Of a DNA stretch of 64,000 bases, positions 1 to 9,794 are shown piece after piece. This DNA comes from Acidimicrobiales bacterium (lineage in GTDB: Bacteria > Actinomycetota > Acidimicrobiia > Acidimicrobiales > Aldehydirespiratoraceae), in contig OZ244029.1 in NCBI GenBank assembly GCA_965214945.1, positions 1,356,868 to 1,420,867 of the forward strand. Reading direction: 5' to 3'. Position 1 is the stretch's first letter, and every line of letters starts with the position of its first letter. Made by a program: the position numbers and the translations under genes. Under the pieces are notes generated by a model. The model searched no databases. It worked only from the letters and a program-made list of their open reading frames with translations, and was not told the DNA's origin.

Positions 1-1
1 G

Positions 2-109
2 CTGAGTGACCGAGACTTCGACGACAACATCGCGGCGCGACACCTGCGTATCCAAACCCGCCTGAACCCAGACTCGGACTCTTCGCTTCTGGCCAAGCTG
101 CTGGAATAG
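2..109 (+). CDS. 3' end of unidentified CDS (partial, enters from window edge)
   Basis: Frame open from position 2 to TAG at 107-109 (...SLLAKLLE*) with mostly G/C third positions. Only 35 codons, so the product cannot be named. Confidence 0.3.
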   Translation: MSDRDFDDNIAARHLRIQTRLNPDSDSSLLAKLLE

Positions 110-134
110 CCGGCGGAGGGGGGCCGAAGCTGAA

Positions 135-1226
135 ATGAGCGACCAACACGACCAACAGGCAACTGCCGGCCCGCACAGGCAGGCTGCCGAGCAGATGGCC
201 GCTGAGCAGACGACTGTGCTGGTCACTGGCGCCACCGGCTTCATCGGCTCGCACGTCGCCAAAGCTTTGCAAGACGCGGGTCACGCAGTGCGGGCCTTCG
301 TGCGCAACCCGACCAAACTGGAATCAGTCACGGCGCGCGTCGGCGTGGACATCAGCGCCATCTCAGAAGCGCGCGGCGACATCACCGATGCCGCCGCAGT
401 CGCCGCTGCGGTCGCGGGCTGCGATGCCGTCGTCCACGCTGCCGCGGTGGTCGGCACCGACCCCACGACGGAGGCCGAGATCGAGGCCACGAACCTTGTC
501 GGGGCGATCAACGTGCTTGGTGCTGCCGCGGACGCCGGCTGCGACCCGATCGTGCACATCTCAACGGCTTCTGCACTGTTCCCGTTCACCGCCGATCCGG
601 TCACGGCGGATCATCCCGTGGGCACTGCGCGCTCCGCATATGCCCGCACCAAGGCGGCCTGCGAACAGCTTGCGCGCAGCTACCAGGCCAGGGGCAAGCC
701 CGTAGTGATCATTTATCCGGCGATGGTCGCAGGCCCCGACGACTACGGCGGCTCGACACAGATCGATCCGACCAAGCTGTGGCTCACCAAGCCCTACCCG
801 CTCAGCAAGGGCTACACCCTGTCGGTGGTGGACGTGCGCGACGTTGCTGCCGTGATCGCCGCGGCCATGAGCCCCGGCCGTGGCCCAAAGCGATACCTGA
901 TGTTCGGGCGCCATCTGAACAGCGAGGATCACCTAGCCGTGCTGCGAGATGCCACCGGACGTGATCTCAAGTCGGTGTCGGTGCCGCGGGTGGCGTTCTG
1001 GGTCTGGGGCAAGCTGGGAGATCTCACTCGTAGGGTTGGCCTCGACATCGTGCTCACGTCAGAGGCATACGAGTACATGTTCAACTACTGCGCGGGCGAT
1101 GACTCCTTCACTCGGGCCGACACCGGCGTGAGCATGCGGCCGCTGATCGACACCTACCGCGACACCATCGCCTGGATGCACCGGGTGGGCCACCTGACCG
1201 CAGATCAGGCCGGCACCTTGGCTTAG
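135..1226 (+). CDS. NAD-dependent epimerase/dehydratase family (extended SDR) protein
   Basis: 363-aa ORF with N-terminal Rossmann motif VLVTGATGFIGSHV. The real start may be the Met at 195 (MAAEQTTVLVTG). Confidence 0.8.
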   Translation: MSDQHDQQATAGPHRQAAEQMAAEQTTVLVTGATGFIGSHVAKALQDAGHAVRAFVRNPTKLESVTARVGVDISAISEARGDITDAAAVAAAVAGCDAVVHAAAVVGTDPTTEAEIEATNLVGAINVLGAAADAGCDPIVHISTASALFPFTADPVTADHPVGTARSAYARTKAACEQLARSYQARGKPVVIIYPAMVAGPDDYGGSTQIDPTKLWLTKPYPLSKGYTLSVVDVRDVAAVIAAAMSPGRGPKRYLMFGRHLNSEDHLAVLRDATGRDLKSVSVPRVAFWVWGKLGDLTRRVGLDIVLTSEAYEYMFNYCAGDDSFTRADTGVSMRPLIDTYRDTIAWMHRVGHLTADQAGTLA

Positions 1227-1290
1227 GCCGACGCCTGATCGAGGCGCTGACCGCGCCGGGCTTCGGCTCGGCCGTGATCTCAGCGGCGGC

Positions 1291-1397
1291 TCTTTGAGCT
1301 GCCCTCGAGTCGTGTCCCGTGGCGGCCCGCGCTCGGGTGCTCCGACTCGGGGCGGGGAGGTGTCTTTGAGCTGCCCTTGGGTCGTGTCCTGTGGCGG
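1291..1397. repeat. 35-nt direct repeat pair with 37-nt spacer (intergenic)
   Basis: TCTTTGAGCTGCCCTCGAGTCGTGTCCCGTGGCGG at 1291-1325 recurs at 1363-1397 with 3 mismatches (32/35). Confidence 0.8.
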
Positions 1398-1488
1398 GGG
1401 ATGCTGAGTTGTGAAGGCCACCCTTTGGTGTCACACCCTGACCTTAGATTTGCTCTGTATCCAATTACATGATAATTTATATAAAATC

Positions 1489-2055
1489 ATGAAATCTTCA
1501 CTAAACAAGTCTACACTGGAAAAGGTGATCGGTGTGGACACTCCTGTAATAGGAGGGGTGGACGAACTTCGGGCGTGCTGGGTCCACGAGGGCGAGAGCG
1601 CTGAGCTGGTGCGTGCACTCAAGTACGGGCGAGTCACAGCGCTCGTTACGGCAATTGCGGACGCAATGGCGGAGATCGCTCCCAGCACCTCCGCGGTCAG
1701 CATCGTGACGTGGGTGCCGTGCACGCCGCGGCGCCGCCGGAAACGGGGGTTCGACCCAGCAGAACTGCTCGCCAGAGCGCTGGCGCGGCGTCTGCGGTGC
1801 AAAGCACGGGCGTGTTTGCGCCGCCTCGACAACCGTCCCCAGACCTCTCGCAGCCGCGAGGGGCGCCTTGTGGGCCCGCAGCTTCGGGGCCGGTCCATGT
1901 GGCGGGGCATGGCGTCGCATGTTCTTCTGGTCGACGATGTGTGCACCACCGGCTCAACGCTGATGGTCGCAGCCTCGGCCTTGCGGGCCTGCGGAGCCCA
2001 GTCGGTGTCGGCAGTTGTCGCAACCGTGGCGGCGCGGCGCGCTCCCCAGGCGTGA
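1489..2055 (+). CDS. ComF-family phosphoribosyltransferase-like protein (atypical N-terminus)
   Basis: PRPP-binding motif VLLVDDVCTTGSTL, and ComF-like core ELVRALKYGRVTALVTAIADAMAE. The ORF is open from 1411 and ATG 1489 is the first Met with a plausible context. No N-terminal Cys-rich zinc finger. Position upstream of hpf-secA matches actinobacterial synteny. Confidence 0.7.
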   Translation: MKSSLNKSTLEKVIGVDTPVIGGVDELRACWVHEGESAELVRALKYGRVTALVTAIADAMAEIAPSTSAVSIVTWVPCTPRRRRKRGFDPAELLARALARRLRCKARACLRRLDNRPQTSRSREGRLVGPQLRGRSMWRGMASHVLLVDDVCTTGSTLMVAASALRACGAQSVSAVVATVAARRAPQA

Positions 2056-2110
2056 GACAGGGTGCCACCGCATTCAGCCGGCGTTCCCGGTGCCCCTGAG
2101 CACGGTGCCG

Positions 2111-2219
2111 CAGGCAAAGTCGCTCAAAACCGCGACGGGGCCACGGGCGGAGGAGCGTGGGCAGCTTATTGCTGGCGCTCAAGGCAGGCAAAGTCGCTCG
2201 AAACCGCGACGGGGCCACG
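2111..2219. repeat. 35-nt direct repeat pair with 39-nt spacer (intergenic)
   Basis: CAGGCAAAGTCGCTCAAAACCGCGACGGGGCCACG at 2111-2145 recurs at 2185-2219 with 1 mismatch. Each copy contains a small hairpin GTCGC-N8-GCGAC. Confidence 0.8.
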
Positions 2220-2418
2220 TTCTAGGGATTTGGTCGATGACCACGGTGCCGCGGCAGCCCGCGGCGAGGCCTCTACGATGATGGCCAGCGACTGAGAGGC
2301 GACGGAGAAATGTCTCAGCGGTCAGATCCGGGCGTCAGCCAGGTCGGCGCATCAGCTGGCCAGGCCAGGGCACTAGCCATATCAACGCATCAGCCAGTTG
2401 GATAGAGGGAGTTCAGGT

Positions 2419-2817
2419 TTGGAAGTCTCCATCAGCAGCCGTCGCACGGTGGTCACCCCCCGTCTGGCCAAGGCTGTTCGCACCAAGATCGGCAAACTGG
2501 GACGCCTGGTCCCAGAGCTTGACAACGCGGTCGTCCACTTCGAAGAGGAGCGCAACCCGCGTATCACCGACCGCGAGACGTGCGAGGTGACCGTGTCGGG
2601 CCACGGCCACCACCTTCGTTGCAAGGTCAGCGCCCCCGATCCGTTCACTGCTGTGGACCTCGTGGAGGCCAAGCTGGAGCATCAGGTACGGAAGCTGCGC
2701 ACTAGGCTCCAGCTGAGGCGCCACGGGCGAGGCGACACCATCCGGCGGGGCCGCGGCGCTGCTGAGTCGGGCTCGGCCCAGGCCGGCCGCACCGACGCAG
2801 CCTCCGCGGCGGACTGA
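2419..2817 (+). CDS. hpf: ribosome hibernation promoting factor (short form, no C-terminal dimerisation domain)
   Basis: Sequence LEVSISSRRTVVTPRLAKAVRTKIGKL...VVHFEEERNPRI...CEVTVSGHGHHLRCKVSAPDPFTAVDLVEAKLEHQVRKLR is typical of the HPF/RaiA sigma-54-modulation fold. TTG 2419 is preceded by GAGGGAG. Lies directly upstream of secA. Confidence 0.8.
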   Translation: MEVSISSRRTVVTPRLAKAVRTKIGKLGRLVPELDNAVVHFEEERNPRITDRETCEVTVSGHGHHLRCKVSAPDPFTAVDLVEAKLEHQVRKLRTRLQLRRHGRGDTIRRGRGAAESGSAQAGRTDAASAAD

Positions 2818-2838
2818 GCCGAGCGCAGGGAGGTCAAG

Positions 2839-5724
2839 TTGGTGTCGTTTTTTAGGCGCCTGTTGCGGTCGGGTGAGGGCCGCAAGCTGAGGGCCCTAAA
2901 GGCTCTGGTGCCCGACATCGGCGCTGCCGAGCCCGAGATGAAGTCCCTCTCCGATGAGGCCCTTCAAGCCCGCACCGGCGAATTCCGTCAGCGCCTTGCC
3001 AACGGCGCTGCCGTCGACGACCTGCTCGTGGAGGCATTCGCCGTGGTGAGAGAGGCCGCGTGGAGGGTGCTCGGACAGCGCCACTATGACGTGCAGCTTG
3101 TCGGCGGCGCCGCGCTACACCTCGGCTGGGTCGCCGAGATGAAGACGGGCGAGGGCAAGACGCTCACCTCCACCCTGCCGATCTACCTGAGCGGGTTAAC
3201 CGGTGCCGGCGTGCACGTCGTGACTGTCAACGACTACCTGGCCGGACGCGACGCCGAGTGGATGGGCCGCCTCTACCGCTGGCTGGGGCTGACCGTCGGC
3301 CTGGTCGTGCCCGGTCAGAGAGGAACAGCTCACAAACGTGCCCAGTACGCCTGCGACGTCACTTACGGCACCAACAACGAACTCGGCTTCGACTATCTGC
3401 GCGACAACATGGCCATGTCGCGCGCCGACCAAGTGCAAAGAGGCCACCAATACTGCATCGTCGATGAGGTCGACTCGATCCTGATCGACGAGGCCCGAAC
3501 GCCGCTGATCATCAGTGGCCGCGTTGCTGATGCGGCCAAGCTCTACTCCAGCTTCGCGGGCATCGCCCGAGGCCTGCGCAGAGACGTCCACTACGAGGTC
3601 GACGAAGAGAAGCGCACCGTGGCGCCCCTTGAAGAGGGCGTCCACGCTGTTGAACGCGTCCTGGGGGTGGAGAACCTCTACGACCAGGTGTCACAGAACC
3701 TCGTCCACCAGCTTCAGGCCGCGCTCAAGGCCAAAGAGCTGTACCGGCGCGACCGCGACTACATCGTCGACCGCCACCAGGTGAAAATCGTCGATGAGTT
3801 CACCGGCCGCGTACTTGAGGGCCGCCGCTGGTCTGACGGCATCCACCAGGCCGTTGAGGCCAAGGAGGGCGTGGCCGTCAAAGAGGAGAACCAGACGCTC
3901 GCCACGGTCACGCTGCAGAACTACTACCGGCTCTACGAGCGCTTAGCGGGCATGACTGGCACCGCGCAGACCGAGGCCAGCGAGTTGGTGTCCACTTACG
4001 GGCTGCACGTCGTGAGCGTGCCGACGCACCGCCCGGTGGCGCGCGCGGATGCCGCCGACCTGATCTACAAGGGCGAGAACGGCAAGTTTGGCGCCTGCGT
4101 GGACGACATCCTGGAGCGCAACCGCCGGGGCCAGCCGGTGCTGGTGGGAACGGTGTCGGTGGAGAAATCCGAGAAGCTGTCGCGCTTGCTAGACAAGCAG
4201 GGCGTCGCCCACGAGGTGCTCAACGCCAAGCAGCACCACCGCGAAGCCGAAATAGTAGCCCAGGCAGGCCGGCTCGGCGCGGTGACGGTCGCGACCAACA
4301 TGGCGGGCCGCGGCGTCGACATACTCCTGGGCGGCAATCCCGAGGCGCTTGCGGCGCGAGACCTACGCGCCGAGGGAGGTGACCCCGCCGCCCCCGAAGA
4401 CCGCGCCCGCCTGGAGACGCTGACAGCCAAGCACAAGGCCGTTACCGACCGCGAGCGCGAGCGGGTCATCGATCTGGGTGGCCTGTACGTGCTGGGTACC
4501 GAACGCCATGAGAGCCGGCGCATCGACAACCAGCTGCGTGGCCGTTCCGGGCGCCAAGGCGACCCGGGGGAGAGCCGGTTCTACCTCTCGCTCGAAGACG
4601 ACCTGATGCGTCTGTTCGCCACCGGAGCGATGAACTGGGTGATGGACAAGGCGCTGCCCGAGGACGTGCCGATCGAGGCCAGCATGGTCACCAAGGCAAT
4701 CGAGCGAGCGCAGAACACCGTGGAGCAGCGCAACGCGGAGACCCGCAAGAACGTCCTTAAGTACGACGAGGTGATGAACGCCCAGCGCAAGGTGATCTAC
4801 CGCAGGCGCTCCCAGATCCTCGACGGCGCCGACCTGCGAGTGGAGGCTCTGGAATACCTGGGCGATGCCGCGGACGGAGCGATCACCACTTACTGCGTCT
4901 CGGACTACAAAGAGGAGTGGGATCTCGACGGCCTATCCACCGAGATTGCCGGGCTCTGGCCGGGCGGGGTGCCGCGCGGCGAGCTGGGAAGAGCCCGCAA
5001 CATCCAAGAGCTGGCAGAGCTTGTCAAGCGAGCCGGCGCTGAGCACTACGCGGATCGCGAGCGCGAGCTGGGCGACGAGGTGATGCGTCAAGTTGAGCGC
5101 CAGGTGATGCTGCGGATTATCGACCAGAAGTGGCGGGGGCATCTGCGCGAGATGGATCTGCTGCGCGAGGGCATACACCTGCGGGCGATGGGCCAGAAAG
5201 ATCCTGCTAGCGAGTGGCAGCGCGAAGGCTTCGAGATGTTCGGCCAGATGATGACGAGCATCGCTATGGACTTCGTCAAGTACGTGATGCACGTGCGAGT
5301 CGCGGCGCCAGACCGCGGCGACTCTCAGCGCCTTGTGAGCGTGAGAACTCAGAAGACCGAAGCCGGCCCTCGAGCGGTAACCGCTGCCGCCACGGCCGCG
5401 CAGGTGGCGGCCCCCCGAGCTGCGGGCCGCCGCCCTTCCGACGTCGGACTGGTCGGCGTCGGGGCCTCCAGTGTGGGCGCTCCTGTCGGAGCAAGCCGCC
5501 GCGCCGCCGCGGGTGGGCGCACAGCCGGTGCCAGAGGCGCCGCCCGCGGACGCGAGGCGACCCGCGTCCCTGTCGTGAAATCGGAGCTGGAGAAGGTGGG
5601 CCGCAACCAGCCGTGCCCCTGCGACAGCGGCAAGAAATACAAGTTCTGCCACGGTCGCCCCGGCGCGGCCCCAGCCTCTGGTATCAGTGCAGGCAGCGCC
5701 AACGGCGGCGGGCGCGCCGGCTAG
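2839..5724 (+). CDS. secA: preprotein translocase ATPase SecA
   Basis: 961 aa. Motifs AEMKTGEGKTL (Walker A), CIVDEVDSILIDEARTPLIISG (DEAD-like), TNMAGRGVDI, and C-terminal zinc finger CPCDSGKKYKFCHG after a long Ala/Gly/Arg-rich linker. Confidence 0.97.
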   Translation: MVSFFRRLLRSGEGRKLRALKALVPDIGAAEPEMKSLSDEALQARTGEFRQRLANGAAVDDLLVEAFAVVREAAWRVLGQRHYDVQLVGGAALHLGWVAEMKTGEGKTLTSTLPIYLSGLTGAGVHVVTVNDYLAGRDAEWMGRLYRWLGLTVGLVVPGQRGTAHKRAQYACDVTYGTNNELGFDYLRDNMAMSRADQVQRGHQYCIVDEVDSILIDEARTPLIISGRVADAAKLYSSFAGIARGLRRDVHYEVDEEKRTVAPLEEGVHAVERVLGVENLYDQVSQNLVHQLQAALKAKELYRRDRDYIVDRHQVKIVDEFTGRVLEGRRWSDGIHQAVEAKEGVAVKEENQTLATVTLQNYYRLYERLAGMTGTAQTEASELVSTYGLHVVSVPTHRPVARADAADLIYKGENGKFGACVDDILERNRRGQPVLVGTVSVEKSEKLSRLLDKQGVAHEVLNAKQHHREAEIVAQAGRLGAVTVATNMAGRGVDILLGGNPEALAARDLRAEGGDPAAPEDRARLETLTAKHKAVTDRERERVIDLGGLYVLGTERHESRRIDNQLRGRSGRQGDPGESRFYLSLEDDLMRLFATGAMNWVMDKALPEDVPIEASMVTKAIERAQNTVEQRNAETRKNVLKYDEVMNAQRKVIYRRRSQILDGADLRVEALEYLGDAADGAITTYCVSDYKEEWDLDGLSTEIAGLWPGGVPRGELGRARNIQELAELVKRAGAEHYADRERELGDEVMRQVERQVMLRIIDQKWRGHLREMDLLREGIHLRAMGQKDPASEWQREGFEMFGQMMTSIAMDFVKYVMHVRVAAPDRGDSQRLVSVRTQKTEAGPRAVTAAATAAQVAAPRAAGRRPSDVGLVGVGASSVGAPVGASRRAAAGGRTAGARGAARGREATRVPVVKSELEKVGRNQPCPCDSGKKYKFCHGRPGAAPASGISAGSANGGGRAG

Positions 5725-5729
5725 AACTC

Positions 5730-6932
5730 GTGCAAGACCACTCCGAGGAGATCCGCAAGCTCAGGGCCCGCCTCGCCAAAGCCCGCGAGTACTTGGGCGT
5801 CGACGCCCTGAGCGTCAGGCACAGCCAGCTTGAAGCCGAGTCGTCGCGGCCCGACCTGTGGGACGACCCTGACCGGGCGCGCGCAGTCACGTCGGAACTT
5901 GCGGCTGTGCGGGAAGATCTCACGTCCTTCGAGCGCCTCGACGCGGAGATGTCCGATCTGGAGGTGCTCAACGAGCTGGCCGTGGAGGAGTCCGACACGG
6001 CCGCAGCCGACGAGGTCGCGGACGAGGCGGCAGCGTTGGCGGAGCGTCTCGACGACCTCGAGATGCGCGCGCTCTTCAGCGGCGAGTTCGACGAGCGCGA
6101 CGCGGTGTGCCAGATCAAGTCCGGCGAGGGCGGCACAGACTCGCAGGACTGGGCGGAGATGCTGATGAGGATGTACCGCCGCTGGGCCGAGCGCCGCGGC
6201 TTCGATCTGGAGATCACGGCGCTCTCGCCGGGCACCGAGGCCGGCTACTCCAGCGTGGACTTCCTGGTGAGGGGGCGCCACGCGTACGGCTGGATGCGCT
6301 CAGAGCACGGTGTCCACCGGCTGGTGCGCATATCACCGTTCAACAATGAAGGAAAGCGCCAGACTGCGTTCACGGCGGTGGAGGTGGTGCCGTTCTTCGA
6401 GGAGGTGTCGAACGAGGTCGTCATCGACGACAGGGATCTGCGCATCGACACCTACCGAGCATCGGGTGCCGGAGGCCAGCACGTCAACAAAGTGGACTCG
6501 GCGGTGCGTATCTTGCACCGCCCCACTGGGATGGTCACGAGCTGCCAGAACGAGCGCAGCCAGCACCAGAACAAGGAGCGGGCCAAGCAGATGCTGGCGG
6601 CAAAGCTCGCCGACTTAGAGCGCAAGAAGCGCCAGGCCGAGATCGCCGAGATCAAGGGGGAGCAGCACAACGTCGGGTTCGGCAGCCAAATACGCAGCTA
6701 CGTGCTGTACCCATACCAGATGGTGAAGGACCTGCGAACGGCGCACTCCACGGGAAACGCCGACGGCGTGCTCGCCGGCGACGTGGACCCGTTCATGGTG
6801 GAATGGTTGAAATGGAAGCGCGCGTCGGACGTCGAGGTGCCGCGCGGCGCTCAAGGCGCGGCCCCGACCCGGTCTCAGAGAAGCGGGCCTCGCCGTCTTA
6901 GGATGAGCAGGGCCAAGGCGGGGATCGCATGA
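5730..6932 (+). CDS. prfB: peptide chain release factor 2 (uninterrupted frame)
   Basis: Motifs SPF (RISPFN) and GGQ ([10 protein letters not shown]), plus [14 protein letters not shown] 5730 is just after the secA stop. About 35-aa basic C-terminal tail, with the stop overlapping the ftsE ATG (ATGA). Confidence 0.92.
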   Translation: MQDHSEEIRKLRARLAKAREYLGVDALSVRHSQLEAESSRPDLWDDPDRARAVTSELAAVREDLTSFERLDAEMSDLEVLNELAVEESDTAAADEVADEAAALAERLDDLEMRALFSGEFDERDAVCQIKSGEGGTDSQDWAEMLMRMYRRWAERRGFDLEITALSPGTEAGYSSVDFLVRGRHAYGWMRSEHGVHRLVRISPFNNEGKRQTAFTAVEVVPFFEEVSNEVVIDDRDLRIDTYRASGAGGQHVNKVDSAVRILHRPTGMVTSCQNERSQHQNKERAKQMLAAKLADLERKKRQAEIAEIKGEQHNVGFGSQIRSYVLYPYQMVKDLRTAHSTGNADGVLAGDVDPFMVEWLKWKRASDVEVPRGAQGAAPTRSQRSGPRRLRMSRAKAGIA

Positions 6933-7606
6933 TCAGGCTGGAGAACGTCACCAAGGTTTTTAAGGGTGATGTCGTGGCTCTGCGCGACGCGTCGATAGAC
7001 ATCTCAAAGGGCGAGTTCGTCTTTTTGGTGGGCCCGTCCGGCTCGGGCAAGTCCACGTTCATCCGTCTGATCAACCGAGAGCACACACCCGAGCACGGAC
7101 GCATATTCGTGGCCGGCCGCGACATCGGCACCCTCCGCTCGTGGAAGGTTCCCTACCTGCGGCGAAACATCGGCTACATCTTCCAGGACTTCAAGCTGCT
7201 GCCCAAGAAGACCGTGTCGGAGAACGTAGCGTTTGCTTTGGAGGTAACAGGCAAGCCCCGCCACGTGATCCGCCGCCAGGTGCCGGCGATCCTTGATCTC
7301 GTCGGGCTTTCCCGCAAGGTCGACCGGGTGCCGGCGGAGCTATCCGGCGGCGAGCAGCAGCGCGTGTCGATAGCGCGGGCGTTCGTCAACCGGCCGCTGA
7401 TCTTGCTGGCTGACGAGCCAACCGGCAACCTCGACCCGAACACCTCGGTTGGCATCATGCGCCTTCTCGAACGTATCAACGGCACCGGCACCACGGTGGT
7501 GATGGCCACTCACGACAGCAGCATCGTCAACACCATGCGCCAGCGCGTTGTCGAACTCGACCGCGGCGTCATAGTCCGTGACCAGGCCAGGGGCGTGTAC
7601 GAGTAG
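6929..7606 (+). CDS. ftsE: cell division ATP-binding protein FtsE
   Basis: Walker [10 protein letters not shown], signature [14 protein letters not shown], Walker [13 protein letters not shown]. Sits between prfB and ftsX. Confidence 0.93.
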   Translation: MIRLENVTKVFKGDVVALRDASIDISKGEFVFLVGPSGSGKSTFIRLINREHTPEHGRIFVAGRDIGTLRSWKVPYLRRNIGYIFQDFKLLPKKTVSENVAFALEVTGKPRHVIRRQVPAILDLVGLSRKVDRVPAELSGGEQQRVSIARAFVNRPLILLADEPTGNLDPNTSVGIMRLLERINGTGTTVVMATHDSSIVNTMRQRVVELDRGVIVRDQARGVYE

Positions 7607-7612
7607 CCGCTG

Positions 7613-8506
7613 ATGCTCAGCTATCGCTATGTGCTGCGCGAGACCGGGCAGAACCTGTGGCGCAACGGCCTGCTGGCGTTGGCGACAGTGATCACCGTAG
7701 GCGTGTCGCTGTCCATGTTCGGCAGCTTCGCGCTGTTCCGTGTGGCGGTGGCCAATGCTACGCAGCGCTGGGAGAACGGCATCGAGTTCGTTGTGTGGAT
7801 GAACGCCGACGCTTTGCCCGAGGAGCACCAGAACGTCGAGAACAAGCTGATTGAGAGCCCCGGCGTCGCTAACTGGAACTTCGTCGATCAGGAGGAGACT
7901 TATGAGGAGTTCAGGGAGTTCTTCGCCGACACGCCCGAGCTGATCGAGAACTTCACCCCGCAAATGCTGCCGCCGTCCTACCGCGTGGCCCCGACCGATC
8001 CCGACGTAGACGTCGTCAAGGAGCTGGGCGAGCAGTTCCGGGGCCACCCAGGGGTTCGCACCGTGGTGTTCGCCGGTGACGCGATCCGGGACGTGCAAGA
8101 TCTCGCGGAACGGTCCGGGCGGGTGCTGTTCGTTGGCTCGGTCTTCCTGCTGGGCGCGTCCGCGCTGCTGATCCTGAACATGCTGGCCATCGCAATCAAC
8201 AACCGGCGCCAGGAGATCGAGATCATGCGGGTGGTGGGCGCCACGAAATGGTTCATCCGCGTGCCGTTCATGCTCGAGGGGCTGGTGCACGGGGCGTTCG
8301 GCGCGGCACTGGCGGTAGCGAGCAACATGCTGCTGAGGACCTATGTGATCGACCAATTCAGCGACGCCGACGCCATCAAGCTGCTGTCGGGTTTCAGGGT
8401 CGACGACGCTGCGATGTTCCGCACCAACTTGCTGGTGCTGATCATCGCGGCCGTGGTGTCGGTGATCGGATCGGCGGTCGCCGTCACGATGTACCTCGAC
8501 GAGTAG
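7613..8506 (+). CDS. ftsX: cell division permease-like protein FtsX
   Basis: 297 aa with an N-terminal TM helix, periplasmic domain and 3 C-terminal TM helices. Motif EIEIMRVVGATKWFIRVPF is typical of FtsX. Confidence 0.9.
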   Translation: MLSYRYVLRETGQNLWRNGLLALATVITVGVSLSMFGSFALFRVAVANATQRWENGIEFVVWMNADALPEEHQNVENKLIESPGVANWNFVDQEETYEEFREFFADTPELIENFTPQMLPPSYRVAPTDPDVDVVKELGEQFRGHPGVRTVVFAGDAIRDVQDLAERSGRVLFVGSVFLLGASALLILNMLAIAINNRRQEIEIMRVVGATKWFIRVPFMLEGLVHGAFGAALAVASNMLLRTYVIDQFSDADAIKLLSGFRVDDAAMFRTNLLVLIIAAVVSVIGSAVAVTMYLDE

Positions 8507-8540
8507 CCCGCAGCCCGTCGACCAGCCTGCCAGCACCGCG

Positions 8541-9776
8541 ATGCCCATCGACTTCACACTGAGCCCTCAGGCGGAGGACATCCGCGCTCGTGTGCGTGAG
8601 TTCGTGGACGAGGTGGTCGTGCCGGAATCGGATCGGATTGAGCGGCGCGACCTCGCTGCGACCGACCGCGCCGCCTACAGGAGCGCATTGATCGGGCTGC
8701 GCCACGCGGCGCGCCGGCGCGAGCTATGGCTGCCGCACATGCCCGAAGAGTGGGGCGGTATGGGCCTCGGTCACGTGGAGCTGGCGATGGTGCAAGCCGA
8801 AGCAGCCCGCACCCGGCTCGGGCCGTGGACGATGAACTGCCAGGCCCCCGACGAGGGCAACATGCAGACGCTGCGGCACTGGGCCACGCCCTATCAGGCC
8901 GAGGCGTATCTGCGCCCGCTGTGCGAGGGCCGAGTGATGAGCTGCTTCGCGATGACCGAGCCGGAAGTCGCGGGTTCGGATCCGACGCTCATCCAGACCC
9001 GGGCGCGCCCCGATGGCGACAAGTGGGTGATCGATGGCCACAAGTGGTTCGTCTCCGGGGCTCACCGGGCGGCGTTCGCGATTCTGATCGCCCGCACGGA
9101 GGACGTCCCCGATCCGCCTCAGGCCGGCAACAGCGCGTTCATCGTGGACATCCCGTCACCCGGGTGGCGTGAGGTACGGCAAATCGAGACGATGCACGGT
9201 GCTACGGGCCACTCAGAGATCCGGATCGAGGGACTGCGAGTGCACAAGCGCCAGATGCTAGGCGGCCGAGGCCAGGGTCACCGGCTGGGCCAGCACCGGC
9301 TGGGCCCGGCGCGCCTGGCGCACTGCATGCGCTGGATCGCCCAGGCAGAGCTGGCGCTCGACATGATGGCGGCCCGCTCGCTGGAGCGGTTCTCGCACGG
9401 GTCGCTGCTGTCTGAGAAGCAGGGCATCCAGTGGATGATCGCCGACTCGGCAATGGAGCTGTACCAGTCCAAGCTGATGGTTCTGCACGCCGCCCACAAG
9501 ATCGACGTCGGCGCCGACTTCAAGTCTGAGGTGTCGATGGCCAAGCACTTCGTGGCCAACGCGCTGAACCGCATCGTCGACCGCTCGATACAGGTGCACG
9601 GCGCGCTCGGGTATTCCACCGACACGCCGCTGGCGCACATGTACCAGCACGCTCGGTGGGCTCGCATCGCCGACGGTGCCGACGAGGTGCACCGGATGCG
9701 CATAGCCCAGCGGGCCCTCGCCGCGTTCAGCGAACACGGGACCACCCGGTCGGCGACGGGCGGCCTGCCTATCTAA
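8541..9776 (+). CDS. acyl-CoA dehydrogenase family protein
   Basis: 411 aa. Motifs CFAMTEPEVAGSDP, KWFVSG and IQVHGALGYSTDTPLAHMY..AR...I.DGADEVH are typical ACAD motifs. Confidence 0.88.
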   Translation: MPIDFTLSPQAEDIRARVREFVDEVVVPESDRIERRDLAATDRAAYRSALIGLRHAARRRELWLPHMPEEWGGMGLGHVELAMVQAEAARTRLGPWTMNCQAPDEGNMQTLRHWATPYQAEAYLRPLCEGRVMSCFAMTEPEVAGSDPTLIQTRARPDGDKWVIDGHKWFVSGAHRAAFAILIARTEDVPDPPQAGNSAFIVDIPSPGWREVRQIETMHGATGHSEIRIEGLRVHKRQMLGGRGQGHRLGQHRLGPARLAHCMRWIAQAELALDMMAARSLERFSHGSLLSEKQGIQWMIADSAMELYQSKLMVLHAAHKIDVGADFKSEVSMAKHFVANALNRIVDRSIQVHGALGYSTDTPLAHMYQHARWARIADGADEVHRMRIAQRALAAFSEHGTTRSATGGLPI

Positions 9777-9794
9777 GCTGGCCTGGTCAGCCGG

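Noticed and set aside
1291-2219. Repeat(35)-spacer(~38)-repeat(35) geometry that resembles a minimal CRISPR array, present on both sides of comF
   Set aside because: Each unit has only two copies. The two units have different repeat sequences, the copies are imperfect, and no cas genes or leader occur anywhere in the window. I treat them as local or REP-like repeats, not CRISPR.
5214-5729. The RF2 reading frame is open for 516 nt upstream of the real prfB start, which raises the question of a programmed +1 frameshift or an extended N-terminus
   Set aside because: The upstream part is just an alternative frame of the secA 3' end (Arg/Pro-rich nonsense). RF2 is continuous from GTG 5730. Where E. 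coli has YL-UGA-D, this gene reads ...[10 protein letters not shown]... with no CTT TGA site, so no frameshift is needed.
7340-8557. Long antisense ORFs opposite real genes. Examples: 7340-8557, 9870-10934, 11808-12548, 15734-16777, 18438-19232, 28720-29745, 32364-33371, 41547-42860, 45065-46135.
   Set aside because: Their products are Arg/Pro/Gly/His-rich and low in complexity, with no motifs. Each lies opposite a gene with clear family signatures. These are the usual stop-codon-poor antisense frames of high-GC DNA.
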